This document shows, in pieces, positions 18,201 to 26,959 of a DNA stretch of 64,000 nucleotides. Made by a program: the position numbers and the translations under genes. This stretch comes from Saprospiraceae bacterium (GTDB taxonomy: Bacteria > Bacteroidota > Bacteroidia > Chitinophagales > Saprospiraceae): the NCBI GenBank assembly GCA_043777755.1, contig JAYWHK010000212.1:8263-72262 (forward strand). The letters are read 5' to 3'. Under the pieces are notes generated by a model. The model saw only the letters and a list, made by a program, of their open reading frames with translations. It did not search any database and had not been told where the DNA came from. Position 1 is the first letter of the stretch, and each line of letters begins with the position of its first letter.

Positions 18201-19044
18201 ATTCTCCAAGGCGGTGACCCGTCAAACGTTCAATTGTCATTTTGATTTTATCTTTGAATTTAAATTTATTTTTAGATGAGTCAAAATTAAAGTCCCAAGT
18301 CTTTTTACGGATACGCTCTTGGATTACTTTCGGGTGCGTGCCTTCAAAAAGATAAACAGCATCGGCTTCTTTGCTAAAATCGTAGGCTTCTTCACGTTGT
18401 TTTGCAGTATCACCATGGTACAATTTGTCTTGAAAATTTAGTTTTTCAGCAAAAGATTTTGGCTCACGGACATAGCCATAGTGATAAACCTCTGCATCTA
18501 TTGCTTTGACTTTCAGCTTGTTATTCGGATTTTTTCTAAAAGATTGTGCATCTCGGTAGGAAAAAATATCTGCACGATTACGCACAATTCGGACTTCGTT
18601 TCGATACCAACGCAACGATGCGCCTACGTAGTCATAACTCCCAAAAAAATGTTTGTAACGAAAAAGCAAACCATCAACAGCAAGGTTCTTTAAATGAAAT
18701 TGCATAGCATTTTTAATGTTTTCCAAGTATTTTTCGTGTACAATTTCGTCCGATTGAATGTAAAAACACCAATCTGAATCAGGCGAAACAGCACGAAAAG
18801 CCTTGTCTGTTTCTTGTGCAAAAACGTTGCATTTCAAGTTGTTTGGTGACATATCCCAAACCGTTTCGATGATTCTAATCTTTTCAGAATCAATGCTTTG
18901 TATCAACGCCAACGTTCCATCTTCCGAATCACCAACAGCGACGATAAATTCATCACAAATCGGTAATACAGATTGAATCGCTTCCACAACAGGGAAATCA
19001 AATTTGATGGCGTTCCGAATAAAAGTGAATCCAGCTACTTTCAT
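18175..19044 (-). CDS. Glycosyltransferase family 2-like protein
   Basis: 289 aa. N-terminal Rossmann-like FTFIRNA...VAVGDSEDGT and a QSDE acidic motif. The family call is tentative. Confidence 0.55.
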   Translation of the reverse strand: MKVAGFTFIRNAIKFDFPVVEAIQSVLPICDEFIVAVGDSEDGTLALIQSIDSEKIRIIETVWDMSPNNLKCNVFAQETDKAFRAVSPDSDWCFYIQSDEIVHEKYLENIKNAMQFHLKNLAVDGLLFRYKHFFGSYDYVGASLRWYRNEVRIVRNRADIFSYRDAQSFRKNPNNKLKVKAIDAEVYHYGYVREPKSFAEKLNFQDKLYHGDTAKQREEAYDFSKEADAVYLFEGTHPKVIQERIRKKTWDFNFDSSKNKFKFKDKIKMTIERLTGHRLGEFKNYEVLK

Positions 19045-20126
19045 AAAATTATTTTTAAAAGGTTTTCAGCAGCTTGAAAAGGGGTGATTTCTTGTGCTAA
19101 AACAGCTTTTTCCATCGTAGGGAATTGTGCCATTACTTCGCTGTGTTGCAAAAAGAATTGCTTTAATTTGTTATTGATGCTTTCGTGAAGCCAATAGATG
19201 GATTGTTGTTTTCTATTGTTTTGAAAAAAATTATTTTCTTTCGTAAATAATTGATAATCAAAGATTTGCTGCCATATTTCGTCAATTCCCAGCTTGCTCA
19301 AAGCAGAACAAATCAAGGCTTGTGGTAGCCATTGACTTTCTTTTATAGGAAATAGTTTGAGTGCATTTTGGTAAGAAACACGGGCTTGGCGGGCTTGCAT
19401 AAGTCTGTCGTCATCGGCTTTATTGACCGCAATCAAATCCGCCATTTCGACAATACCTCTTTTAATACCTTGCAATTCGTCACCTGCACCTGGCAACAAC
19501 AAAAGTAAGAAAAAATCGACCATAGAATGAACCGCAATTTCGGATTGACCTACGCCAACAGTTTCTATAACAATGGTGTCAAAACCTGCCGCTTCACATA
19601 AAATAATCGTTTCACGGGTTTTGCGGGCAACACCTCCGAGCGAATCGCCCGCAGGTGAAGGGCGAATAAAGGCTTCTTCCCGAGCTGACAGATATTGCAT
19701 ACGGGTTTTGTCGCCCAAAATACTACCACGGCTCAACTGACTTGACGGATCAATTGCCAAAACAGCAATTTTTCTACCTTTTTTAATGACATACTGCCCA
19801 AAAGACTCAATAAAAGTACTTTTTCCAACGCCAGGTGTTCCTGTTATTCCAATCCGAATGGAATTGTTTGCAAAAGGCAAACATTTTTCAATGATTTGCT
19901 GCGCTAACAATTGGTGTTCAGTTTTGCTACTTTCAATCAAAGTAATCGCTTGACTCAAAACAATTCTATCTTGTTTTAAAATTCCTTCGATAAATTCTTC
20001 TACTGTTTTTTGCTTTTTTTTGACCACAAAATTCCCTCGCATCAAAGAAGGATTGATACTATTGGGCTGTTCTACACCTTTTTGAACGTGTAAAGCGGTT
20101 TTATGATTTTTTTCAAAAGAAGACAA
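19041..20126 (-). CDS. meaB: Methylmalonyl-CoA mutase-associated G-protein chaperone MeaB/ArgK
   Basis: GITGTPGVGKST P-loop, ETVGVGQSE and NKAD motifs. The listed start is TTG; an ATG alternative lies at 20042. Confidence 0.88.
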   Translation of the reverse strand: MSSFEKNHKTALHVQKGVEQPNSINPSLMRGNFVVKKKQKTVEEFIEGILKQDRIVLSQAITLIESSKTEHQLLAQQIIEKCLPFANNSIRIGITGTPGVGKSTFIESFGQYVIKKGRKIAVLAIDPSSQLSRGSILGDKTRMQYLSAREEAFIRPSPAGDSLGGVARKTRETIILCEAAGFDTIVIETVGVGQSEIAVHSMVDFFLLLLLPGAGDELQGIKRGIVEMADLIAVNKADDDRLMQARQARVSYQNALKLFPIKESQWLPQALICSALSKLGIDEIWQQIFDYQLFTKENNFFQNNRKQQSIYWLHESINNKLKQFFLQHSEVMAQFPTMEKAVLAQEITPFQAAENLLKIIL

Positions 20127-20162
20127 AATGTTTTTAATTCTAACTTATTGATTTTAAAATAC

Positions 20163-20627
20163 TTATGATGCGTAACTTTCCAATATTTGTTCCGAATGAA
20201 TTTTTGATTTTACACTGTCAAAAATTCTTTCGATAACTCCATTTTCATCAATCACAAAAGTAAAACGATGGATTCCATCGTATTCTTTTCCCATAAATTT
20301 TTTGTAACCCCAAACGCCATAAGCTTTCAAAATCGTTAAATCTGTATCAGCAATAAGACTAAAAGGGAGATTTTGTTTGGCGATAAATTTTTGGTGACTT
20401 TTGCTGTCATCTGCACTAACACCTACAATTTCAAAGCCTTTTGCTTGTAAAAGCGCATAATTATCTCTCAAATTACAGGCTTCCACGATACAAGTTGGCG
20501 TATTGTCTTTTGGATAAAAATAAAGGACTAATTTTTTTCCAGCAAAATCTTTCAAAGCGATATTTTCACCTTTTTCATTGATTCCTTGAAAATCAGGGGC
20601 GGTATCGCCCACCTTTAAATGTGTCAT
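20163..20627 (-). CDS. bcp: Thioredoxin-dependent peroxiredoxin Bcp
   Basis: LKVGDTAPDF and FYPKDNTPTC motifs. The ATG at 20627 overlaps the rpiB stop (ATGA); the listed 20633 start is TTG. Confidence 0.9.
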   Translation of the reverse strand: MTHLKVGDTAPDFQGINEKGENIALKDFAGKKLVLYFYPKDNTPTCIVEACNLRDNYALLQAKGFEIVGVSADDSKSHQKFIAKQNLPFSLIADTDLTILKAYGVWGYKKFMGKEYDGIHRFTFVIDENGVIERIFDSVKSKIHSEQILESYAS

Positions 20628-21064
20628 AAGCAAGCAATTTTACCAACCCGAGTAGCGTGTCTTCCGCCTTCAAAATCAGTAGTAATAAATTTTTCCACCA
20701 TTTTCAAAGCCATTTTTTTGCTGATAAAACGAGCTGGAATTGCCAAAACATTGGCATTGTTGTGTTGGCGAGCCAATTCTGCCAAGTTCACCTTCCAACA
20801 AAGCGCAGCTCTAATAGATTGGTGTTTGTTTGCGGTAATGGCAACACCATTGCCACTACCGCAAATAACAATACCTAAATCAGCTTGACCTTGTTCAATC
20901 GCTTCCATCGCAGGATGTATGAAATCTGGATAATCAACAGACGCTTCCGAGTCTGTTCCAAAATCTAAGACTTTGATATTTTGAGCTTCTAAAAACTTAA
21001 CAATAGGAGCTTTATATGCAAAACCTGCATGATCACAACCAATAGAGATACAATTTATAGACAT
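20624..21064 (-). CDS. rpiB: Ribose-5-phosphate isomerase B
   Basis: [18 protein letters not shown] and [10 protein letters not shown] motifs. Confidence 0.92.
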   Translation of the reverse strand: MSINCISIGCDHAGFAYKAPIVKFLEAQNIKVLDFGTDSEASVDYPDFIHPAMEAIEQGQADLGIVICGSGNGVAITANKHQSIRAALCWKVNLAELARQHNNANVLAIPARFISKKMALKMVEKFITTDFEGGRHATRVGKIACL

Positions 21065-21663
21065 TCTAAGTACGTTTTATTTACTTTTTTCCAATCTACT
21101 ACATTAAAAAATGCAGCAATGTAATCAGGACGACGATTTTGGTAATTCAAGTAATAAGCGTGTTCCCAAACGTCTAAACCCAAGATTGGTGTACCTTTTT
21201 GCTCTACAACGTCCATTAAAGGATTGTCTTGGTTTGGTGTAGAAGAAATGAACAATTTGCCATTTGCATCAACGCTCAACCATGCCCAACCCGAACCAAA
21301 ACGTGTTGCGCCAGCATTGGCGAACTGCGTTTTGAAATCAGCAAAAGAACCAAATGTTTTGTTGATGGCATCTGCCAATTCAGCAACTGGTTCTCCGCCA
21401 CCGTCAGCACTCATTACATTCCAAAACAAAGAGTGATTGAAATGACCACCACCATTGTTACGAACAGGCATTGAGTATTTTGAAATGTTGTGCATTAAAT
21501 CTTCAATGCTCAAACCTTCTGCATCAGTGCCAGCAATGGCATTGTTAAGGTTTGTAACGTAAGCATTGTGGTGTTTACCGTGGTGAATCTCCATTGTGCG
21601 AGCGTCAATATGAGGCTCAAGTGCAGCAAGTGCATAAGGTAATTCAGGAAGTGTGAAAGCCAT
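21055..21663 (-). CDS. sodA: Superoxide dismutase, Mn-type signature
   Basis: [19 protein letters not shown] and DVWEHAYYL motifs. Confidence 0.93.
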   Translation of the reverse strand: MAFTLPELPYALAALEPHIDARTMEIHHGKHHNAYVTNLNNAIAGTDAEGLSIEDLMHNISKYSMPVRNNGGGHFNHSLFWNVMSADGGGEPVAELADAINKTFGSFADFKTQFANAGATRFGSGWAWLSVDANGKLFISSTPNQDNPLMDVVEQKGTPILGLDVWEHAYYLNYQNRRPDYIAAFFNVVDWKKVNKTYLECL

Positions 21664-21802
21664 ATTTTTAATATTTTATAAGTTTTATGAATAATACCGC
21701 AAAGGTAAAAATGTTTTTAGTATAGACGTATGATGTAAAAAAATGTTTTGGAGATATTTTGAACTTTTAAATATATTTTGGGTAAAAACTTAGATGTTTC
21801 CT

Positions 21803-21810
21803 TATTTTTG
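21803..21810 (+). promoter_or_regulatory. TAnnTTTG box (TAttTTTG)
   Basis: Lies 16 nt upstream of the ATG at 21826. Confidence 0.4.
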
Positions 21811-21825
21811 CAAAAAATTAAAATC

Positions 21826-22740
21826 ATGGTAGAGAATAATTCATTAAAAGTAAATATTGCCTTTGCCCTTTTGTGCGTAGTTTGGGGAACAACCTATCTT
21901 GGCATTGACATCGCAGTGGATTATATTCCTCCGTTTATGCTATCAGCACTTCGACACTTGATTGCTGGCCCCTTTTTTTTAGCCTATTGTTTTTTTTATA
22001 AAAAAGAAAAAATGCCAGATAAAAAAACGCTTTTACAACTCGTCACAATGGGAATTTTACTGATTGTAGGTGGAAATGCAATGGTTTGTTGGGCTGAAAA
22101 AACAATTCCAAGTGGTTTGACAGCGGTGATTTGTTCGCTATCGCCTATGTTCATAACGGTTATGAGTTTGTTTATTTTCAAAGAATTTAAAATAACTTAC
22201 AAAATCATTTTGGGCTTACTTTTGGGTTTATTAGGAGTGGCACTGATTTTTCTGAAAGACCTAAGCGTCACGCTCAATGAAGACCTTTATTTTGCTTTGG
22301 CAGCCTTGTTGATAGCCATTCTTTGCTGGGCATTGGGTAGTGTTTTATTGAAAAAAAATTCAATTAAAACCAGTATATTTATGAATATTGGCTGGCAAAT
22401 GGTGTTTGCAGGAACAATAAATATGGTTATTTCTTATTTTTTTGAAGACAATTCCAACTTATTGCATACCGAAATAAAAGGGATTTATGCTTTACTTTAT
22501 TTGGTTGTCGCAGGCTCTCTTATTGGTTATGGCTGTTACCTTTATGTTTTGAATTATTATCCACCAGCACGGGTTTCGATGCATACTTACATCAATACCA
22601 TTATTGCTGTTTTTGTAGGCTGGTTGATAGGCGGCGAAAGAATCAATGAATATATTGTGTTAGGAACGCTAATTGTATTGGCTGGCGTTTTGATTGTGAA
22701 CAAAGAATATGCTCGCTTGGCAGAAAAAAATAATAATTAG
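21826..22740 (+). CDS. EamA/DMT family transporter
   Basis: 10 TM segments in two EamA halves. The ATG at 21826 is preferred over the listed TTG at 21778, which would overlap the promoter box. Confidence 0.85.
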   Translation: MVENNSLKVNIAFALLCVVWGTTYLGIDIAVDYIPPFMLSALRHLIAGPFFLAYCFFYKKEKMPDKKTLLQLVTMGILLIVGGNAMVCWAEKTIPSGLTAVICSLSPMFITVMSLFIFKEFKITYKIILGLLLGLLGVALIFLKDLSVTLNEDLYFALAALLIAILCWALGSVLLKKNSIKTSIFMNIGWQMVFAGTINMVISYFFEDNSNLLHTEIKGIYALLYLVVAGSLIGYGCYLYVLNYYPPARVSMHTYINTIIAVFVGWLIGGERINEYIVLGTLIVLAGVLIVNKEYARLAEKNNN

Positions 22741-23648
22741 AAAAAAGAGCGTTTGGGTTCGCTATTTTTGACTTCTTCTAAATACTCTATTGTTTCCTGA
22801 ATACTTTTTAAAACAACAACATTGCTTTTTGACTCTACTTTTTGTGATACAATTTGGTAGCCTGAAAGTAAGATTTTGCTTGTAGGGAAAGTATTAGACA
22901 ACAAATCAATATAACGGGTTACGGGCTGACGTGTGAACGTTTCCGTAATCATTGTGAACATATAATCTGGCTTATGGATTTGATAAACATCTCTCAAATC
23001 ATCAATTGTCATATTTTGACCAATATAAATGACTTGATTTTGACGAGATTTTAGCATATAGTGCATGAAAAGCAAACTCAACTCTTGTGTTTCGCCTTCG
23101 GGAAGGTACAAAAGGTATTTTTTGACATTGCGACCAATCGTCAATGGCAAATTGTCAATAGCGACAATAATTTTTTGACGAATCAAATACGCCATAAAAT
23201 TCTCTTGAACAGGATGAATCGAACCCGTCAGCCAAAGCAAGCCAAGTTTGTCCAAAAACGGATGAATTACTTCCATCATTGTTTTTTCAAAACCTAATTG
23301 CTGTATATTGGTAGAGATAATACGGTCAAATTTGTACTCATCCATTTCAATCATCGAAATGGTCAAAGCGTCTAATTGCGTATCGTGTTCAAAGTTTTTT
23401 TCAGAAATAAAAGCTACTTTTTCGCTAATTTCCTCAGCGGAAAGTTCTGATATTTTGGATATTTTGTAGCCATTCTTATTTAAAAGGGCTACATTCAAGA
23501 TTGCCCGAAGATCCGTATCTGTATAATAGCGAATATTTGTTTTGGTTCTTTTAGGTATAATAATGCTATAACGCTGCTCCCATATCCGAAGCGTATGCGC
23601 TTTGATACCAGAAAGTTTTTCCAAATCTTTTATAGAATATATAGCCAT
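22737..23648 (-). CDS. MerR-family transcriptional regulator with C-terminal B12-binding-like domain (CarH/LitR-like architecture)
   Basis: N-terminal YSIKDLEKLSGIKAHTLRIWEQRY HTH. The C-terminal Rossmann-like block LYLPEGETQELSLLF aligns with the recalled ExHxxG cobalamin motif, but with Q in place of H. Confidence 0.75.
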   Translation of the reverse strand: MAIYSIKDLEKLSGIKAHTLRIWEQRYSIIIPKRTKTNIRYYTDTDLRAILNVALLNKNGYKISKISELSAEEISEKVAFISEKNFEHDTQLDALTISMIEMDEYKFDRIISTNIQQLGFEKTMMEVIHPFLDKLGLLWLTGSIHPVQENFMAYLIRQKIIVAIDNLPLTIGRNVKKYLLYLPEGETQELSLLFMHYMLKSRQNQVIYIGQNMTIDDLRDVYQIHKPDYMFTMITETFTRQPVTRYIDLLSNTFPTSKILLSGYQIVSQKVESKSNVVVLKSIQETIEYLEEVKNSEPKRSFF

Positions 23649-23829
23649 TATTGAGTTTAGAATGATGCTAAATCAAACATTAATTGGTTTGACAAAATTG
23701 ATTTATTCAATTTTAAATGTATGTTAGCTCATTAATAAAAGAAAGAACAATAAATACAGAAAATAGTTTAAATTGTAGGGTATAAAAAATTTATGATTTC
23801 ATACCTTTTTTTACTAAGTAGTTGGGCTA

Positions 23830-23961
23830 AAATAAACGTGGTTATTTTTTTCAGTCGATTGCTCAAAAAGTGATAAATAACTTCTCCAAAGGAGTCCTTC
23901 GTGACCTTACAGTCAGCTATTTATTACTTTTTTCTCAACGACAAAATAACCATGTTTATTT
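23830..23961. repeat. Long imperfect hairpin / palindromic element
   Basis: aaataaacgtggttattttt (23830-23849) against aaaataaccatgtttattt (23943-23961), plus an inner tcgattgctcaaaaagtgataaata / tatttattacttttttctcaacga pairing. Confidence 0.5.
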
Positions 23962-24032
23962 CTATACGCCTGCTTTAGAAAAATTTTCATCGAAAAAACT
24001 AACAAACGTTAGTTAATTTAAATTAAAACATA

Positions 24033-24040
24033 TATCTTTG
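24033..24040 (+). promoter_or_regulatory. TAnnTTTG box (TAtcTTTG), possible distal paaA promoter
   Basis: This is the only canonical box I found on the + strand upstream of paaA. It would give a leader of about 365 nt. Confidence 0.3.
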
Positions 24041-24208
24041 CATTGTAAATAAAATCGAAAGTCGATTTTGACAATTACTATTAGTGTTGCAATTTCAACC
24101 ACTTATTTTTACTATCAGCACTAACCGATAAATGGCTTTTGGCGCACACGCAAAAAAAGCCCTTTTTTATTTTTATTAGCCACTATAATTTTTGATAAAA
24201 GGTATTCT

Positions 24209-24381
24209 TTACCACATAGTCACATAGCATCATAGTTTTTTTAACGTCACACTTTTAGAATACATAGTATTTTTATTTTTAATAAAAATACCTCATGTTA
24301 ATTTTATTTGAAAAATGAAATGACTATGTGTTCTCTTAGATATTGTTTTTTTAGCTATGATGCTATGTGACTATGTGGTAA
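24209..24381. repeat. Perfect 27-nt inverted repeat (TTACCAC-type) separated by 119 nt
   Basis: ttaccacatagtcacatagcatcatag (24209-24235) is the exact reverse complement of ctatgatgctatgtgactatgtggtaa (24355-24381). Confidence 0.85.
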
Positions 24382-24411
24382 AATTGAGTACTAAACAGTT
24401 ACGATAAAAAT

Positions 24412-25347
24412 ATGAATGCAGAACAAATTTTTGAAGCACGCATTGCCGCAGAGCAAAAAATCGAAGCAAAAGATTGGATGCCAGCGCATTATCGAAAAAC
24501 ACTCATCCGTCAAATCTCACAACATGCTCATTCTGAAATTGTAGGAATGTTGCCCGAAGGAAACTGGATTACCCGAGCACCTTCTTTGCGACGCAAGGCT
24601 GCGCTTTTGGCAAAAGTACAAGACGAGGCTGGTCATGGTTTGTATTTGTACTCCGCAGCAGAAACCTTGGGCGTTGATAGAGATACGTTATTTCAAGAAT
24701 TACACTCAGGAAAGGCAAAATATTCAAGCATTTTTAACTATCCAACCTTGACTTGGGCTGATATTGGCGCAATTGGGTGGCTCGTTGATGGTGCTGCGAT
24801 TATGAATCAAGTGCCGCTTTGTCGTGCCTCTTATGGCCCTTATGCCCGTGCGATGGTGCGTGTTTGCAAGGAAGAAAGTTTTCATCAGCGACAAGGCTAC
24901 GAAATTATGCTGACGCTATGCCGTGGAACAGCAGCGCAAAAGGCAATGGCTCAAAATGCCCTTGACCGTTGGTGGTGGCCGTCCTTGATGATGTTTGGCC
25001 CTACTGATGACGATTCGCCAAATTCAGAACAATCTATGCGTTGGAAAATTAAGCGTTTTTCTAATGATGAGTTGCGAAAACGTTTTGTAGATAGCACTGT
25101 TCCCCAAGCAGAATATTTGGGCTTAAAAATTCCTGATAAAGATTTGAAATGGAATGAAAGTAAAAATACTTATGACATCGGTGAAATCAACTGGGATGAA
25201 TTTTGGGCAGTTGTAAATGGAAATGGCCCTTGTAATAAAGACCGAATCCGTACTCGAATCAAAGCCTACGAAAATGGTGCTTGGGTCAGAGATGCTGCAA
25301 TGGCACACGCCGAAAAAGCAAAAAATAGAATTGAGGAATTAGTTTGA
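24412..25347 (+). CDS. paaA: 1,2-phenylacetyl-CoA epoxidase catalytic subunit PaaA
   Basis: Very close to recalled E. coli PaaA over the full length ([65 protein letters not shown]). Confidence 0.93.
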   Translation: MNAEQIFEARIAAEQKIEAKDWMPAHYRKTLIRQISQHAHSEIVGMLPEGNWITRAPSLRRKAALLAKVQDEAGHGLYLYSAAETLGVDRDTLFQELHSGKAKYSSIFNYPTLTWADIGAIGWLVDGAAIMNQVPLCRASYGPYARAMVRVCKEESFHQRQGYEIMLTLCRGTAAQKAMAQNALDRWWWPSLMMFGPTDDDSPNSEQSMRWKIKRFSNDELRKRFVDSTVPQAEYLGLKIPDKDLKWNESKNTYDIGEINWDEFWAVVNGNGPCNKDRIRTRIKAYENGAWVRDAAMAHAEKAKNRIEELV

Positions 25348-25394
25348 TGAATAAATTTAAGATGCTGCTAAGTTTTTTGCTTAGTGGCATTTTT

Positions 25395-26138
25395 TCATTT
25401 AATTTGATAGGTTTTATACAACTCGAAAAATGTTCCTTTTTTTTGCAACGTAAAAATAAAGGTGATACGACCACCAGCTCTTGCTTTTTTCAATATTTTC
25501 GTCATACCGCTTGTAAAAGGTGTTTTTCCACTTGCTTTTTTAATATTTCCACCATTTTCATACGCCATTGTTGTATTTATAATTGGCATTATCTCTCCTG
25601 ATAAATCTCGAACCAACAATGTTTGATTGCTATATTTGAGCAAATCTTTTTCTGCGATTTCATCGTAACGAAGCTCGCCCCAAAACACCTTAGGTTCTTC
25701 GGAATAGGCTTGGGTAGCATCTAATTTAAATTGAATAGGCAGGCGCAATTCGTAAGGAATAGGTTCGTTGTTCAGCAATGCGGGTTCCCAAGCAGGCATT
25801 GATGCTATCACTTTTTTTGCAACTTTTCCACAGCCTGCACCAATATCGTTGAGTAGCTTGATTTCACTGGCAAAGCCATTTGGTGCAACAATAAAACTGA
25901 CATAGACTACTCCTCTTACGCCTTGCTCTTTGGCAGAATCAGGATAAGTTAGGTTTCTATTGAGGTAATATGCTAAATTTGCTGATGAACACTCTCTTTT
26001 CTCTTTGCTATTTGGTTTGTATTTTCCACAGCCAGCGAAATAAGGCATTTCATCTATTTGCATCGTATTTTCTTGTGCCAATAAATTTTTTGAAATAAAA
26101 AAAAACAAAAAAATGAGGAGGTAGTATGGTTTCTGCAT
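25395..26138 (-). CDS. TonB C-terminal domain-containing secreted protein
   Basis: Signal peptide. MPYFAGC...YPDSAKEQGVRGVVYVSFIV..NG is a TonB_C-like block. The ATG at 26138 is preferred over the listed TTG at 26159. Confidence 0.75.
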   Translation of the reverse strand: MQKPYYLLIFLFFFISKNLLAQENTMQIDEMPYFAGCGKYKPNSKEKRECSSANLAYYLNRNLTYPDSAKEQGVRGVVYVSFIVAPNGFASEIKLLNDIGAGCGKVAKKVIASMPAWEPALLNNEPIPYELRLPIQFKLDATQAYSEEPKVFWGELRYDEIAEKDLLKYSNQTLLVRDLSGEIMPIINTTMAYENGGNIKKASGKTPFTSGMTKILKKARAGGRITFIFTLQKKGTFFELYKTYQIK

Positions 26139-26334
26139 GAAATCTGATTTTTCATACAAAGATAATTTTTATATTTGAAAAATAATAATTTTAATGTATC
26201 TATTATAATTTGCGTAACTTATAGCTAACGAAACTCCTATTTTGAGAGCTAACAAATCATATATTTTAATTACTTTACAATATTATATCTCAAAAAAGAT
26301 TAACTTTGTGAATCTAAACTAAAACATTCACAAT

Positions 26335-26959
26335 ATGGCTAAAAAGATTGTTGTAAAAACACAAACAAAAGAAGTAAAGCTGGTACTTGATGAAATAAAA
26401 ATCATTGGAGAAGTTTATGAAAAATTACTAAAAATATTACCTTCATTTGATATTACAAGTACTAAAATATTACCTTATGGACTTAAAACCGCACACTCGG
26501 TCAGTTGCATGGATTGTAGAGCAGGTTATCGTTCAACAAACTAAATACAATGCAAAAAAACTTGGTGTTGATGATGTGAATTTTGACTTACCTGATACTT
26601 GCTTGCATGATTGTGAGATAATTATTGACAAAAAAACATATTTTATCAATATTAAAGCACATAATGTTGATGGGAAAGAAAATAAAAACGATATTTCAGC
26701 AGTAGAAAAATTATATTTACAATACCATGCAAATCCCAAGTACAATTTGATTTACGCTTGTTTTGGAATAAAATTCAATAATGTTACTATTTCTTTTGAC
26801 CAAGAAAACATTACATTGTTTTCACCTCAATTTTTACCCATTTATGTTAATCCAAGAAATGATAAAATTCAAGCGAAATATATTCATCAGCCAGAATATA
26901 GAAGTAGGAAAGATTTTTTAAAATTATTACGAGAAAATTCAAAAAGTATAAAATTATGA
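26335..26959 (+). pseudogene. Putative type II restriction endonuclease, apparently frameshifted in an A-run
   Basis: The frame-1 ORF (...ILPYGLKT) and the frame-2 ORF (...DLKPHTRSVAWIVEQV...) overlap. Removing one A from aaaa at 26485-26488 joins them into about 208 codons. The stop overlaps the methyltransferase ATG (ATGA). Confidence 0.5.

Noticed and set aside
24412-25347. paaA as a recent horizontal acquisition, based on its higher GC than its neighbours
   Set aside because: Other highly conserved genes in the window (sucA, iscS) look similarly GC-enriched by eye. Composition alone is not convincing without codon statistics.
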